Below the pieces are notes generated by a model, which was not told the origin of the DNA, ran no database searches, and was given only the letters and a program-made list of their open reading frames with translations. Made by a program: the position numbers and the translations under genes. A stretch of DNA of 64,000 bases from the human T2T-CHM13v2.0 reference genome, Homo sapiens. The DNA lies in assembly GCF_009914755.1 (NCBI RefSeq), contig NC_060945.1. One strand, written 5' to 3'. Each line of letters opens with the position of its first letter. Position 1 is the stretch's first letter. Of the stretch, positions 1-13,441 are shown in pieces.

Positions 1-24
1 TTATCACATCTAAAAGTTTTATGG

Positions 25-312
25 GGCCGGGCGTGGTGGCTCACACCTGTAATCCTAGCACTTTGGGAAGCTGAAGTGGGCAGATCACAAGGTCAAGAGA
101 TTGAGATCATCCTGGCCAACATGGTGAAACTCCATATCTACTAAAAAAAAATGCAAAAATTAGCTGGGCGTGGTGGTGCGTGCCTGTAATCCCAGCTACT
201 CGGGAGGCTGAGGCAGGAGAGTCCCTTGAACCTGTGAACCGAGATTGCGCCACTGCACTCCAGCCTGGCGACAGAGCAAGACTCCATCTCAAAAAAAAAA
301 AAAAGAAAAAAA
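25..312 (+). mobile_element. AluSc-like SINE with a short internal deletion in the right arm
   Basis: GGCCGGGCGTGGTGGCTCAC start; AluSc-type GGTCAAGAGAT..ATCCTGGCCAAC and CCTGGCGACAG; A-tail to ~312; the GGAGGCGGAGGTTGCA segment is missing near 230. Confidence 0.9.
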
Positions 313-1313
313 AGTCTTTTTGGTGGAGACTTTAGTTTTTTCTGGATAAAATTATATCATCAGCAAAGAAGGACAATTTGACTTCCTCTTTTTCAACTTG
401 GTTTCCTTTTATTTATTTCTCTTTCCTGGCTGCTCTGGCTAGGACTTCCAGTATTATGTTGAATAGGAGTGGTGAAAGTACGTATCTTTATCTTCTTCTA
501 ATTCTTAGAGAGAACACTCTTAGCTTTTCTCTAGTATTATGTTGGTTGTGGCTTTGTCATATATGGCTTCATTATTTTGAGGTATGTTACCACTATGCTT
601 AGTTTGTTGAGAGTTTTTATCATGAGGAGATGTTGAATTTTATCAAATGCATTTTTGCATTTATTGAGATGGCCATATGGTTTTTATCACTCACTCTGTT
701 ATGTGATATATCATGTTTATTGATTTCTGTATGTTAAACCATACTTGTATTCCTGGTATAAATCTCACTTGATTATGGTGTATTATTTTTCTGATGTGCT
801 GTTGGATTTGGTTTGCTAACATTTTGTTGAGCATTATTGTGTCTGTGTTCATCAGGGATATTGGCCTGTAGTTTTATTTTGTTGTATTCTTGTCTGGTTT
901 TGGTGTCAGGGTAATGCTGCCCTTGTAGAATGAATTAGGAAGATTTCCCTTCTCTTTGATATTTTGGAGTAGTTTCTGGAGGATTAGTATTAGTTTTTCT
1001 TTGTACTTTTGGTAGAATTCTGCTGTGAATTCACCTGGACCTGGACTTTTCTGTATTGGGAGGCTTTTACTACTGATTCAGTCTCACTATTCCTTATTAG
1101 TCTGTTCAGGATTTTTATTTCCTCCTGACTCAGTCTTGGCAGGTTGTATACTTCCAGGAGTTTATCCATTTCTTCCAGGTTTTCTAGTTTGTGAGTATAT
1201 AGCTTTTTTTTTTTATAATAGTCTCTGATGATCTTTTGTATTTCTGTGGTATCAGTTTAATTAATGCCTCCTTATTCATTTCTGATTTTGTTTTCTTTGG
1301 TTCTTCTCTCTTC

Positions 1314-1620
1314 TTTTTTATTTAAAAAAATTTTTAGAAACAGGGTCTCACTCTGTTACCCAGGCTGGAGTGCAGTGGCATGATCACAGCTCACTGCAGC
1401 CTCAAACCCCTGGGTCAAGCAGTCCACCAGCCTCAGCTTCCCAAGTAGCTAGGACTACAGATGGGTACCACCACTCCTGGCTAACTTTTTAAATTTTTCT
1501 TTAGAGATAAGGTCTTGCTATGTTGCCCAGACTGGTCTTGAACTCCTGGCCTTAAGCAGTCTTCCCACACTGCAGCTCTCAAAGTGCTGGGATTATAGGC
1601 ATGAACCACTGTGCCCAGCC
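1314..1620 (-). mobile_element. AluJ inserted in the L1
   Basis: Antisense dimeric Alu with J-type CAGGGTCTCACTCTG and CACAGCTCACTGCAGCCTC. Confidence 0.88.
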
Positions 1621-2310
1621 TTCTTCTTTTCTTGGTTAGTCTAGCTAGTGGTTTATCAATTTTGTTTATCTTTTTGAAAAGCCAAGTTTTTGTTTCATTC
1701 ATCCTTTGTATTATTTTTCTGGTCTGTATGCCATTTAGTTCTCCTCTGATTTTTATTATTTCTTCTCTTCTGCTAATTTGGGGTTCAGTTTGTTTTTGCA
1801 CTTCCAGTTCCTTGAGATGCATTATTAGACTGTTAATTTGTAAGCTGTCTGCTTTTTTCAGGTAGGCATTTATTGCTATAAAATTCCCTCTTAGCTCTGC
1901 TTTTGCTGTATCACACAGGTTTTCGTATGTTGTGTTATTTTCATTTGTTTCAAGGATTTTTTTTATTTTCATTTTTTCTTTATTGACCCAGGAACATACT
2001 GAATTTCCATCTATTTGTGTAGTTTCCAAAGTTCCTGTTGGTATTGATTTCTGGTTTTATTCTGTTGTGGTCTAAGAAGATAGTTGATATATGATTTTTA
2101 AAAATTTTTTGAGACTTGTTTTGTAGTCTGTCCTGGAGAATGTTCCTTTCATGTGCTGATGAAAATGAATATTCTGAAGTTGTTGGGTAGAGTGTTCTGT
2201 AAATGTCTGTTAGGTCTATTTGGTCTGAAGTCCAATTTAAATCTAATGTTTCTTTGTTGATTTTCTCTCTAGAGTGAAAATCACTCTCTGAGAGTGGGGT
2301 GTTGAAGTCC

Positions 2311-2400
2311 CCCACTGTTTTTGTACTTGAGTCTCTCTCTCTCCCACTGTTTTTGTACTTGAGTCTCTCTTTCTCTCTCTCTCTCTCTCTCTGTCTGTCT
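2311..2400. repeat. 32-bp-period duplication plus (CT)n microsatellite inside the L1 endonuclease region
   Basis: CCCACTGTTTTTGTACTTGAGTCTCTCT at 2311 and 2343, followed by a (CT)n run. Confidence 0.9.
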
Positions 2401-5400
2401 CCCTCTTTAGATCTAGTAATGTTTGCTTTATGAATCTTGATGCTCTGGTGTTGGGTATATATATATATATTTAGAATTGTTATATCCTCTTCCTGGATTG
2501 ATCCATTTATCATTATTTAATGACTTTGTCTTTTACCTTTCTTGACTTAAAGTCTATTTTATCTGATATAACTGTAGCTTCTGGTCACTTTTGGTTTCCA
2601 ATTTGTACAAAATATTTTTTTCCATCCCTTTAATTTCGGTTCATATGTGTCTTTACTGACAAGGCTAGTTTCTCGTAAGCAGCATTTAGTTGGATCATGT
2701 TTTTAAAATATATTCAGCCGTTCTGTTTCTGGAGCATTTAACCTGTTTGCATTTGAGGCGATTATATGACAGGTTTGTTTCTGTCGTATGGTTGTTTTCT
2801 TGCTTTATGTATTCTTTGTTTCTTTTTCTCTTATTAATTTGGGTGGATTTTTCTAGTGGTACCATTTAAGCCATTTCTGTTCCTTCTTTGTGTGATGCTT
2901 TACCACTGAGTTATGTTTTCATGTATTTTCATGTTGGTAAATGTCATCTTTGTACTTCCAGGTTTAGGACTCCCTTGAGCATTTCGTGTAGGGATGATGT
3001 AGTGGTAACAAATTCCCTCAGCATTTGCTTGTCTTGAAAGGACTTTATTTACAAAGCATAATTTTGCTGGATATAGTCTTCTTGGATGGCAGGTTTTTTT
3101 GTTTTTTGTTTTTTTCCCCCATTACTTTGAATATATCATCCCATTCTCTTCTGGCCTGTAAGGTTTCTGCCCAGAAATTTGCTGTCAGTCTGAAGGGATT
3201 TCCTTTATAGATGACTAGATGCTTTTCTCTTGATGTTTTTAGGATTTGCTCTTTATCTTTGGCTTTAGAGATTTTGACATAATATGCTACAGAGAAGACC
3301 TTTTTGCATTGCGTCTGCCTGGGAATCACTGAACATTCTTTATCTAAATGTCTAAATCTTCTGCTAGACTTGAAAAGTTTTCATCTATTATTTCATTAAA
3401 TAGGTTTTCTAGTTCTGCCTTTATCTCTTCACCCTTGGGGATACTGATATTTAGAATATTCTATCACTTTATGTTGTTCCAAATGTCATAAAGGATTTCC
3501 ATATTCTTTTTTATCTTTATTTTTATCTGACTGGATTATTTCCAAGGACTTGTCTTCAAGTACAGAGATTCTTTCTTCTGCCTGATTTAGCCTATTGTTG
3601 AAGCTTTCAAATGTATTTTGTATCTCCTTCAATGAATCTTCAGTTCTAGAATTTGTTTTTTTTTTAAGTATTTGTCCCTTTCATAAATTTCCCATTTATA
3701 TAATGAATTCTTTTTCTGATTTCTTTGTATTATTTTTCAGAATTCTCTTGTATCTCACTGAGCTTCCTTAAAATCAATATTTTGAATTCTTTATTTGGGA
3801 TTTCAAAAATTTCTTTTTGATTAAGATCTATTATTGATGGAGAATTATTGTGTTCCTTTGGGGAGGGCCTTTTTTTTTTTTTTGGTTTCTCATGTTTCTT
3901 GTGTTCATACTTTGATGTCTGTTCTGCACTTCTAGTATAATAGTTGCTTCTTCCTATTTTTGAATTCACTTCATAGGGAGGACTTTTTCCTGAAGATGAA
4001 TCTGTCATGTTGGTTGGGATATTCTGGGTTTGATTCTGGGTGCATGCAGTAGTGAAGTCTCTGTATGATATCTTTGTCTGTAAACAGCATTGGTGGTGTC
4101 TGTGATTTCTTCAGTAGGTTAGGGTGCAGTTAGTAGTGGAGCTGTGCTGAAGTTGTGCTGGGGACTGGGATGCCAGGTGAGCCAGACTTAAGGCCCCACT
4201 AGAGGCAGCATTGGATTGAGCGTGCCCATCTTTATGTCCCAGGGTGGCATATCCTGGCACCTATGCTGGTGGTTACCAGTAGGCCGATTATTGGGCCTCC
4301 ATGTGTCTTGCTTGGATACTGGTAATAGCAGCAGTGGACCAAGCTGGTGGGTGGGTTCTTGCGCCCCTGGGAAACTGGCATGGGCGATGACAATAGCAGT
4401 GGTGGGATGATACTCTGGGTCCTAGGCAATGTACATTTATGTTGGTGGTGGCTGTGATGAGCAGGGAGGGCCAGTCGTCAGATCCACAGGTGGTACTTGC
4501 AGGTAGGTGCCAGCTGAGGTGATAGCAGCTGGGAGATGAGACCCAAACTCAAGCCCCTGGAAGGAGTGCTAAGGCACCCACAATGGTGGATTGGGTTGGG
4601 CAATGCCTGGGACCCTGGGCTACATGCTCTGTCTTGGAATAGGGTAAGAGGGTGAAATTGGGCTGGGTGGGCTTGTGTTCAAGCAAGACCCCCCAGTAGT
4701 GAGGGCAGGTACCAGCTTTGGTTGGCAGGGGTGGGTCGATCCTCAGGCCCCAGGTGGAGTGCTGGGTGAAGAGTGGGAGCAGCTGCACTGATCCCTGCCA
4801 CTGGAGCAGGTGGGTCCATCCTTGGTGGCCAAAGCCTGGGTTGATGGATAGGGAATGCACACCCCTCTCAGCTCCCAGTCCCCACAGGGCTTGCCCCCCA
4901 GCCCTGGTGGCAGTAGGCTGTGCCTCACTTGGTTCTTATCCTCAGCTGTGGGAGCACTCCCAGCTTGTTCCCCAGTCCCAGCAGCGACAGCCTGAGTTTC
5001 CATAATGCCTCAGTAGCTGTTGGGCCCTAGGACATCACGCAGTCTGCCAAAGGCTAGGTTTGAAAATGGTGCCTTGCTGTAGCCACTGAGGTCTCAGGGA
5101 GTTGTAGGACCCAGCATGAGCTCCCTCCCTGAAGCAGCTCTGTCCCACAGTCTCCTGGCATCTCCTGATGTTATTTTCAGGGCTGGCGAGGGTTGAGGGA
5201 GTCTCCCATGGCCAGAATTGCATGATTTCTTGGTGGGGATGTGGGCCACTGGAAGTTTCTCACTCAGCCTTTCCTTGTGTTGGGAAGTCACTCTTGGCTC
5301 CTGACCAATCCCAGCCAGGCAGGCTCCCCCTCTTCCTTTTCCTTAACTCGCTTTTGGTATTTCCTGTTACTTCTCTGTTGAATTCACATTCTCTCTTGGG

Positions 5401-5519
5401 TAATGTATTCAGAAAGTGACTGTACATTCTTTTGGTTCTTCAAAGTGGAGGAGGTGGGCATAAATTGCATCTCGTCATCCATCTTGAAGCTCCTCTCCAT
5501 GAAAAAAATATTATTTTTA

Positions 5520-7760
5520 ATAACATTAGAAATCTAAGTTGGACAAGAGATGTTCAACACTTGAACACGTAAAACTACAAAATATTGCCAACAGAAATTG
5601 TTGAAGATAAATACATTGAGAGATATACCATGTTCGTTGTTAAGATGACTCAATATTGTTAAGATGTTAATTCTCCCCATGTTGATCTATAGAATCAATG
5701 AACTCCCAATCAAAGTCCCAGAAGGCTTTTCATAGACATTTGACTATAACAGTACTTGGTTTTATGACTTATTATAGGCTGCAATAGTCAATGCAGTGTG
5801 GTATTGCTGTTAAGATAGACAAGTAGATCAGTGGATCAGAATAGAAAGTCTGGAAATAGGCCTGCACAAACGTGGCCAATTAATTTTCAACAACAGCGCC
5901 CAGGCAAATTAGTGGGAAAAGGCATAGCTTTTTAAACAAATGGTCCTGGAATAATTGTATATCCATGTGAAAAAAAAATCCTATACTTTTTGTCATTTAT
6001 AAAAATTACAGTAGATCAGGAATTTCAATCTCTAAAACTCAAAAATATATAATTTCTTGGAGAAAACGTGAGGCGTTCTTTGTGACCGTGTGATCTTGCG
6101 TGAGGCAATGTTTTCCTAGTTATGACTTTCAAAGCATTCGTCTCAAAATACACACATTTATACACTGGGCTTCATAAAATTAAAAAATTTCTGCTCTTCA
6201 AGATACACTGTTGTGATTTTTTCCTCTGATTTGATATTGAAGTCTCTCTCTGGAAAGAGGTTATAAATTCTAGTTATGATCTGATGGGGCTCCAAGGTCA
6301 TAGATGTTTACAGTATACTTTAATGGGATTCTTCTTTATCCTGACAGGCAGTCTAATGCCTACTTAGGCACCTGGTCCAACCTGTGACGAGGTGTCCCTT
6401 TCACGTGAAACTTGTTTATGCTGGCTGATGTCCTTGTGGCCCTTGTCTGACTGTGTCTAGTTTATTCTTGCCAGGGTGGCCACTCTCTAAGAGAGGCCTG
6501 ATCAGGACAGGAGAGTTGGGTCTGGGTGTGTGGCTCGGGTGAAACACACAGGAGACAGCACAGCAGAGCATGAAGCAATGGAAGCATTTGTATTAAGTAA
6601 TATGATCTCAGAGAGAAGAGGACAGCCATGCAGGGCCAGTAGGCAGTGGAAAGCCATGTGGGACATGTGCACTCAACCAGCAGGTGGGGAGCAAGAGAGA
6701 GAGAGAGCCAGGGACCGATGCGCCAACACTTTTATTGGAGTCTAGGGCATTACTCAAGCTGGTTTCCTGCAGGGAATTTTAGTTTGTGGGTTTAGATCAA
6801 GCAGCCACAAGCTCCGTGGGATCACACTGACTGAGAAGGTGTCAGTGGGGTACATCTGGGCAGTCATTTGGGCTGTGGGGGTAAGTGGGGGAATCAAGTA
6901 GGTTGTGTCTAGCTGTCCCACAGGAAGGTGATCACCAGGAGGCTGTGGTGTAAGGCAGATATCTGATCAACCACCTTGAGGACCCGGGAGGAGGTAGAGA
7001 ACTGGAAAGTTTGTCAAGGATGACCAAGCCCTGCTCCTGGTATAAGAAAGTCCAACCTATATTCAGAATGGATTCTGAGGCAACATAATATTATAAAAAT
7101 TCACTACATTCTCTTACATGGGTAAGAGAATGGAAAAACAAGCCACAGACTGGGAAAAACATTTGCAAATCACATATCTAATGTATCTAACATGTGTAAA
7201 GAACTCTTAAAATGCAGTACTAAGGAAATAAAGAACAAACAAAAATGGCTGCAAGATTTGAACATCCATTTCACAAACGAAGACATGTGACTGGCATATA
7301 AGTACATAAATAGATGCTCAGCGTCATTGTCATCAAGGAAATGTGAATGAGAACCACGATGAGAAACCACTCGGTGTAACTGACCATACTAAGTATGGGC
7401 AAGGATGGGAAGCATCTTTCATATACTGTTGGTGGGAATGGGAAATGGTACAGTTACTTTGGAAACATTTTGGCAATCAAACCAAGAGCTTATTAAATAC
7501 GTACCTACCAACATCCCACTAGAAGGTATTTCCCCAAGAGGAGTGAAAGCATATTTCCATACACCTTTGAACAGGAACATCTGTAGCAATTTGTTCATAT
7601 TGCAAATGTCTATCCATACTTGAATGGCTATACAAATTGTTGTACATCTATATAATGGAATACTGAGTGAAGTGTATCCATATAGGTGTGTACATATGTT
7701 AAAACATTTCAATTTGCATATTTACAATATGTACATTTTATTATATGTCAGTTACCTGGC
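5520..7760 (+). mobile_element. Ancient L1M ORF2/3'-end fragment, split by a MER54 LTR
   Basis: L1-like GACTCAATATTGTTAAGATG..CCCAATCAAA before the LTR; resumes after it with AAGCCACAGACTGGGAAAAACATTTGCAAATCACATATCT. Confidence 0.75.
6209..7108 (-). mobile_element. MER54-type solo LTR (ERVL)
   Basis: Reverse complement begins TGTAGTGAATTTTTATAATATTATGTTGCCTCAG..GAATATAGG; internal GGGACAGCTAGACACAACCTACTTGA and CCAATAAA; about 900 bp. Confidence 0.8.
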
Positions 7761-8019
7761 AACCACTCACTTGCCTTCTGACGCTACAGAATTTACTTTC
7801 ACTGAAAGTTTATATAAATGGAAATGCACAATATATATACTTACGATTTTTGGTCTGGCTATTCTTACTCATCATAACTCTCAAGATTCGTCAGTGCCGT
7901 TATGTGTATCAGTAGTTCATTCAGTATTCCATTATATATCTCAAAGCTGATTTTTTTTTCCCCCAAAGAAAGCAGCATTCCTTTTTGGAGCAAGATAACA
8001 TTGTCCATAGTCTCAATTA

Positions 8020-8705
8020 TTTTTTAACCATGATGTTCAGTACTCAGTAAAAAATTTTGAAGCATGCTAAAACAAGAACAGTAAGTGAAAGACGAGATAA
8101 AAACGTGAGAAATAGACCCAGAGATGATTTGTATAATTGCATTACCAGATAAGAACTTTGAAATATCTAAGATTAGTATGTTTTTTAAAAAAGAGAAACA
8201 GACAGAAAAATATATGAAAAGATGGAGAATTTCAAGTGGAATCATCTATAATAAGAATCAAATGGACATTTTAGAATTGAAACATATAGGATCTGAAATT
8301 AATAATTTACTAGACGTGCCTAACAGAAGACTGAACACAGTAGAAAACAGGCACAGTGCATTGGGAGGCAGTTCAGTGCAGTCAGTCTGTGTTGAAGCAC
8401 AACAGAAAAAAGGATGGAGTCATTCAAGGTAGAATGCAAGAGGCCTGCAGGATGGAGTCAATGGTCAAATGTCATGTAATGAGCATCCCAGGAAGTAGGG
8501 GATCAGAAAAATATTTGAAGACATAAAGATCAGAGATTTTTCTAAAGCATCAAAAGACATTTATATTCAAATTCATGAAACAGCCTACCCTGAAATGAAC
8601 AAATTAAAAAAGCAAGCAAACAAGCAAGCAAACTTTTCACATCTGGGCATATCATTATTTGTTGCAAACCAAAGACAAAAAAAATCTTAAAAGCAACCAG
8701 ATTTT
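8020..8705 (+). mobile_element. Ancient L1 ORF1 fragment
   Basis: Peptide LPDKNFEIS..KNQMDILELKHIGSEINNLLDVPNRRLNTVENR resembles the ORF1p coiled coil. Confidence 0.75.
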
Positions 8706-10233
8706 AAAATGGTCCATTGCTCTCCAAGGAGCCCAGCCGGCATACGGCACAATCTCGTGGTGGGCACAGCATACACTTCTCTGTGAGGCATGTCGCTGAG
8801 TGGAACTGCTGTGTCGCAGGTTACACGGAGCTTCAGCTTTGCTGACTGATGCCATTCTGGCTTTCTCATGTAGTTTGTACTCCCACTAGCAGAATACAGA
8901 CTGATCTCATATAATGACCATTCAGGCAACCACTTTCCTCCATAATTGCTCTTCAAAAGCTATACCAAGTTTTGGAAAGCAACATCTTCCCCCTTTCTCG
9001 CCCAGATAATGACATTTTTGCCCAAAAATATGCTAAATAAACTATATGGAGTAATATTGCAGAAATATGGTTTTGGTTTTAATTTGTAAATCTTAATTTA
9101 CAATCCGTCACTAATGAGGCTGAGCATCTTTCCATGTGCGATTGGCCATTTGGAGCTCCTCTTTCATGAAGTGCTTTTCTTGGTTTTCAGCCATTTTTCT
9201 ATTGATGTCTGTGTTATGTATCAGGGATGATCAGGCTGGTCCGAGTTGTTTTCACCACAATTTTCATGGTAGAAAAAAGTGTAGCAAAGTATACAAAAAT
9301 CTTTAGAGAAAGAAATGATATTCTCAACAGTACATTTGCAACCTGTAAGAACTTGGGAAAAGTAATTCTCACAAGCATTGTTGAAAGAGCTCCTGGAGAT
9401 AGAACCAGAGGCCAAAAGAGGAATGGAGAAGGGGGGAAGGTCACAGAGAGTGGCGGTGGCCTCCCAGAGGCACAGCGCACAGCGGAGTGAGAAGTTAGGG
9501 TGAGGACGGGATTTTAACGTTGCAAGCTTCACAAGGTAGCCATGGTGATGGAGGAGGTCAGTGCACGGCCTGAGCTGCAGAGGCCAGGGCTGGAAAGATG
9601 GCCCTGTGCTCTTGGGGCCAACTGATGAGCTAGTAGGGATTTAAGAACATAGTTCAGTGATTACCAGTAAAAGAACCAAAACCAGCTGGATAACCTACTC
9701 ACGCCAGCAGTGGTGAGGGTGTGAAGATGGCAGTTTCCTCCTCACCCTTGGGGAGCCATCAGTTATTCTCCTTCCTGGACCAGGCCGTGAGCAGGACTTT
9801 CACACACACAAAGCACGGAATTCAGTGAGCATAGAAAAGAACTCAGACTCACTGAAAATGGTTGCAGTTTTATAGTTTTAAAACAGTAAAATGATGAGGT
9901 AACATTTTTGTGCTTTTCAGTTTGTCAAAGGTTAAAACATTGGAGAGTGAATAGTGTAAGCAGTGGTGTGAAAGAGCCCCTTGTCTACCTTGACAGGGAT
10001 GTAATTTGCAGAGTCCAGTGTGGAGAAGATTCTGGCTAACACCTCTGAAATAAAAAATGTACAATATTTCACTTTTTGTGCCAAGGTAGCTCTGAATGTG
10101 CTGATTCAAAAAAAATTTAAGGTGTTTTGATTGTAAAGAATAACATGGCAGGTATAGAAAAGGCATGAACATTTCACTCCTACCTGTGTAGAAAATTCCT
10201 GGATGGACCACCAGGGAATGTTAATAGTGACAG

Positions 10234-10365
10234 CTCTACCTCTACCTCTACCTCTACCTCTACCTCTACCTCTACCTCTACCTCTACCGCTACCGCTACC
10301 CCTACCTCCTACCTCCTACCTCCTACCTCCTACCTCCTACCTCCTACCTCCTACCTCTACCCTCT
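10234..10365 (+). repeat. Variant SVA head: (CTCTAC)n, CGCTAC x2, then (CTCCTAC)n
   Basis: Read directly; occupies the place of the canonical (CCCTCT)n. Confidence 0.95.
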
Positions 10366-12013
10366 TTCCACTGTCTCCCTCTGATGCCGAGCCGAAGCTG
10401 GACTGTACTGCTGCCATCTCGGCTCACTGCAACCTCCCTGCCTGATTCTCCTGCCTCAGCCTGCCGAGTGCCTGCAATTGCAGGCGCGCGCCGCCACGCC
10501 TGACTGGTTTTCGTATTTTTTGGGTGGAGACGGGGTTTCGCTGTGTTGGCCAGGCTGGTCTCCAGCTCCTGACCGCGAGTGATCCGCCAGCCTCGGCCTC
10601 CCGAGGTGCCGGGATTGCAGACGGAGTCTCCTTCACTCAGTGCTCAATGGTGCCCGGGCTGGAGTGCAGTGGCATGATCTCGGCTCGCTACAGCATCCAC
10701 CTCCCAGCAGCCTGCCTTGGCCTCCCAAAGTGCCGAGATTGCAGCCTCTGCCCGGCCGCCACCCCGTCTGGGAAGTGATGAGTGTCTCTGCCTGGCCGCC
10801 CATCGTCTGGGATGTGAGGAGCCCCTCTGCCTGGCTGCCCAGTCTGGAAAGTGAGGAGCGTCTCTGCCCGGCCGCCATCCCATCTAGGAAGTGAGGAGCG
10901 TCTCTGCCCGGCCGCCCATCATCTGAGATGTGGGGAGCGCCTCTGCCCTGTCGCCCCGTCCGGGATGTGAGGAGCATCTCTGCCCGGCCGCCCCGTCTGA
11001 AAAGTGAGGAGACCCTCTGCCTGGCAACCGCCCTGTCTGAGAAGTGAGGATCCCCTCCGCCCAGCAGCCACCCCGTCTGAGAAGTGAGGAGCCCCTCCGC
11101 CCGGCAGCCACCCCGTCTGGGAAGTGAGGAGCATCTCCGCCCGGCAGCCACCCCGTCCAGGAGGGAGATGTGGGGGTCAGCCCCCCGCCCGGCCAGCCGC
11201 CCCGTCCGGGAGGGAGGTGGGGGGGTCAGCCCCCCGCCCGGCCAGCCGCCCCATCCGGGAGGTGAGGGGCGCCTCTGCCCGGCCACCCCTACTGGGAAGT
11301 GAGGAGCCCCTCTGCCCGGCCAGCCGCCCCGTCTGGGAGGAGGTGGGGGGGTCAGCCCCCCGCCTGGCCAGCCGCCCCGTCCGGGAGGGAGGGGGGGTCA
11401 GCCCCCCGCCCGGCCAGCCGCCCCATCCGGGAGGTGAGGGGCGCCTCTGCCCGGCCGCCCCTACTGGGAAGTGAGGAGCCCCTCTGCCCGGCCACCACCC
11501 CGTCTGGGAGGTGTACCCAACAGCTCATTGAGAATGGGCCATGATGACAGTGGTGGTTTTGTGGAATAGAAAAGGGGGAAAGGTGGGGAAAAGATTGAGA
11601 AATCGGATGGTTGCCGTGTCTGTGTAGAAAGAGGTAGACATGGGAGACTTTTCATTTTGTTCTGTACTAAGAAAAATTCTTCTGCCTTGGGATCCTGTTG
11701 ATCTGTGACCTTACCCCCAACCCTGTGCTCTCTGAAACATGTGCTGTGTCCACTCAGGGTTAAATGGATTAAGGGCGGTGCAAGATGTGCTTTGTTAAAC
11801 AGACGCTTGAAGGCAGCATGCTCGTTAAGAGTCATCACCACTCCCTAATCTCAAGTACCCAGGGACACAAACACTGCGGAAGGCCGCAGGGTCCTCTGCC
11901 TAGGAAAACCAGAGACCTTTGTTCACTTGTTTATCTGCTGACCTTCCCTCCACTATTGTCCTGTGACCCTGCCAAATCCCCCTCTGCGAGAAACACCCAA
12001 GAATGATCAATAA

Positions 12014-12045
<32 letters not shown>

Positions 12046-12094
12046 TATCAAAGTAAAAAGTTTCCAAAAAAAATAAAAAGTTTCAAAAAAAAAA
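10234..12094 (+). mobile_element. Full-length SVA retrotransposon (SVA_D-like): repeat head, Alu-like region, VNTR (~10740-11510), SINE-R (~11510-12010), polyA
   Basis: CTCCCTCTGATGCCGAGCCGAAGCTGGACTGTAC, GC-rich VNTR units, SINE-R ending GAATGATCAATAAA; TSD AATAGTGACAG at 10223-10233 and 12095-12105. Confidence 0.97.
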
Positions 12095-12148
12095 AATAGT
12101 GACAGTGAGCTCTGCATAACAGGAGAGAGTCTTGTTTTCCATTGTTGA

Positions 12149-12476
<328 letters not shown>

Positions 12477-12879
12477 TAAGTATCATTTTGAAGAGTTATG
12501 AAAACCACCTAAGCCACAAATAATTTTAAGTCATTATTGTTAGTAAGAGAATTACATATATTGCTACGTTCGTTCCAACTCATGGTATGTTCCTGTTGTT
12601 TAGTAATTGGGAAACCTGAGACATGATGTGAAGTAATTCACCTGCAATTTGGGGGTGCCTGCACAGCAGGAATGTTCTGGCACCATGACTGCTCCTAGGA
12701 ACACAGAATAATAGTCATTAAAATGCTGTAAATAGCAGTGTGTCCTGAATTCACCCACACCCTCTGAAGAAATTATTAGAACCTGTCTCCTGCCTCCTTC
12801 CATGAGAGTCCGTGGGTCCCCTAGCGGCGTGCAGCCTGCTGGGATGGAAAGGGCCCGTGCTGCAACTCTGCATAAAGAA

Positions 12880-12955
12880 TTTCCAGCTGTTGACCCTTCC
12901 CAACTGCTTCCCTCTCTGAGCCTGATCCTCATCTATAAAAATCATAATAGTGCCT
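12880..12955 (+). mobile_element. MIR fragment
   Basis: CTCTCTGAGCCTGATCCTCATCTATAAAA resembles the MIR core. Confidence 0.55.
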
Positions 12956-13134
12956 GCTTTTTAATCTGGTAAATACTAGGTATATTGTAATAAGCCTGAA
13001 CGTTCTTGGAAATCATAAAATGCTTGAAAATAGTTTCGCCTCCTTTTTAAGATTTTGCATGTGTTCATAATCAGTGCCTGTTTCTGGAACGTAATTCATT
13101 AGGATAACAGCTGGATCTTGACGTTTCATCTGAG

Positions 13135-13441
13135 TTTCGTTTTGTTTGAGACAGGGTCTTGCTCTGTTGCCCAGGCTGGAGTGCAATGGCGTGATCATAG
13201 CTCACTGCATCCTCAACTTCCTGGGCCCAAGTGATCCTTCCACCCCAGCCTCCTGAGTAGCTGGGACTACAGGCGCGTGTCACCACACCTGGCTAATTTT
13301 TTTTTTTTTTTAAATAGAGACTAGGTCTCCCTGTGTTGCCCATGCTGGTCTCAAACTCCAGACCAGCCGTAGCTCAAGTGATCCTTCCGCCCTGGCCCCC
13401 CACAGTGCTGGGATTACAGGTGTAAGCCGCTGTGCCTGGCC
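13135..13441 (-). mobile_element. AluJ SINE
   Basis: J-type GATCATAGCTCACTGCA; near-perfect TSD TCATCTGAGTTT / TCATCCGAGTTT. Confidence 0.9.

Larger units (their letters stand above)
1..5498 (-). mobile_element. Old LINE-1 (L1PB/L1MA class), 5' two-thirds: 5'UTR ~4010-5498, ORF1 ~3000-4008, ORF2 EN/RT remnants below 2600; disabled
   Basis: Minus-strand peptides GSIQEEDITILNIY, VGDFNTPLS and DLTDIYRTLYPT (APE endonuclease); YKGNPFRLTANFWAETLQARREWDDIFKV and KEFKILILRKLSEIQEN (ORF1p); 5' end reads GGAGCTTCAAGATGG; many stops and frameshifts. Confidence 0.92.

Noticed and set aside
1481-4008. Endonuclease and ORF1 peptides as functional genes
   Set aside because: Fragmented old L1 interrupted by Alu and microsatellites
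10203-12006. Several 70-217 aa ORFs
   Set aside because: SVA head, VNTR and SINE-R translations; SVA is non-coding
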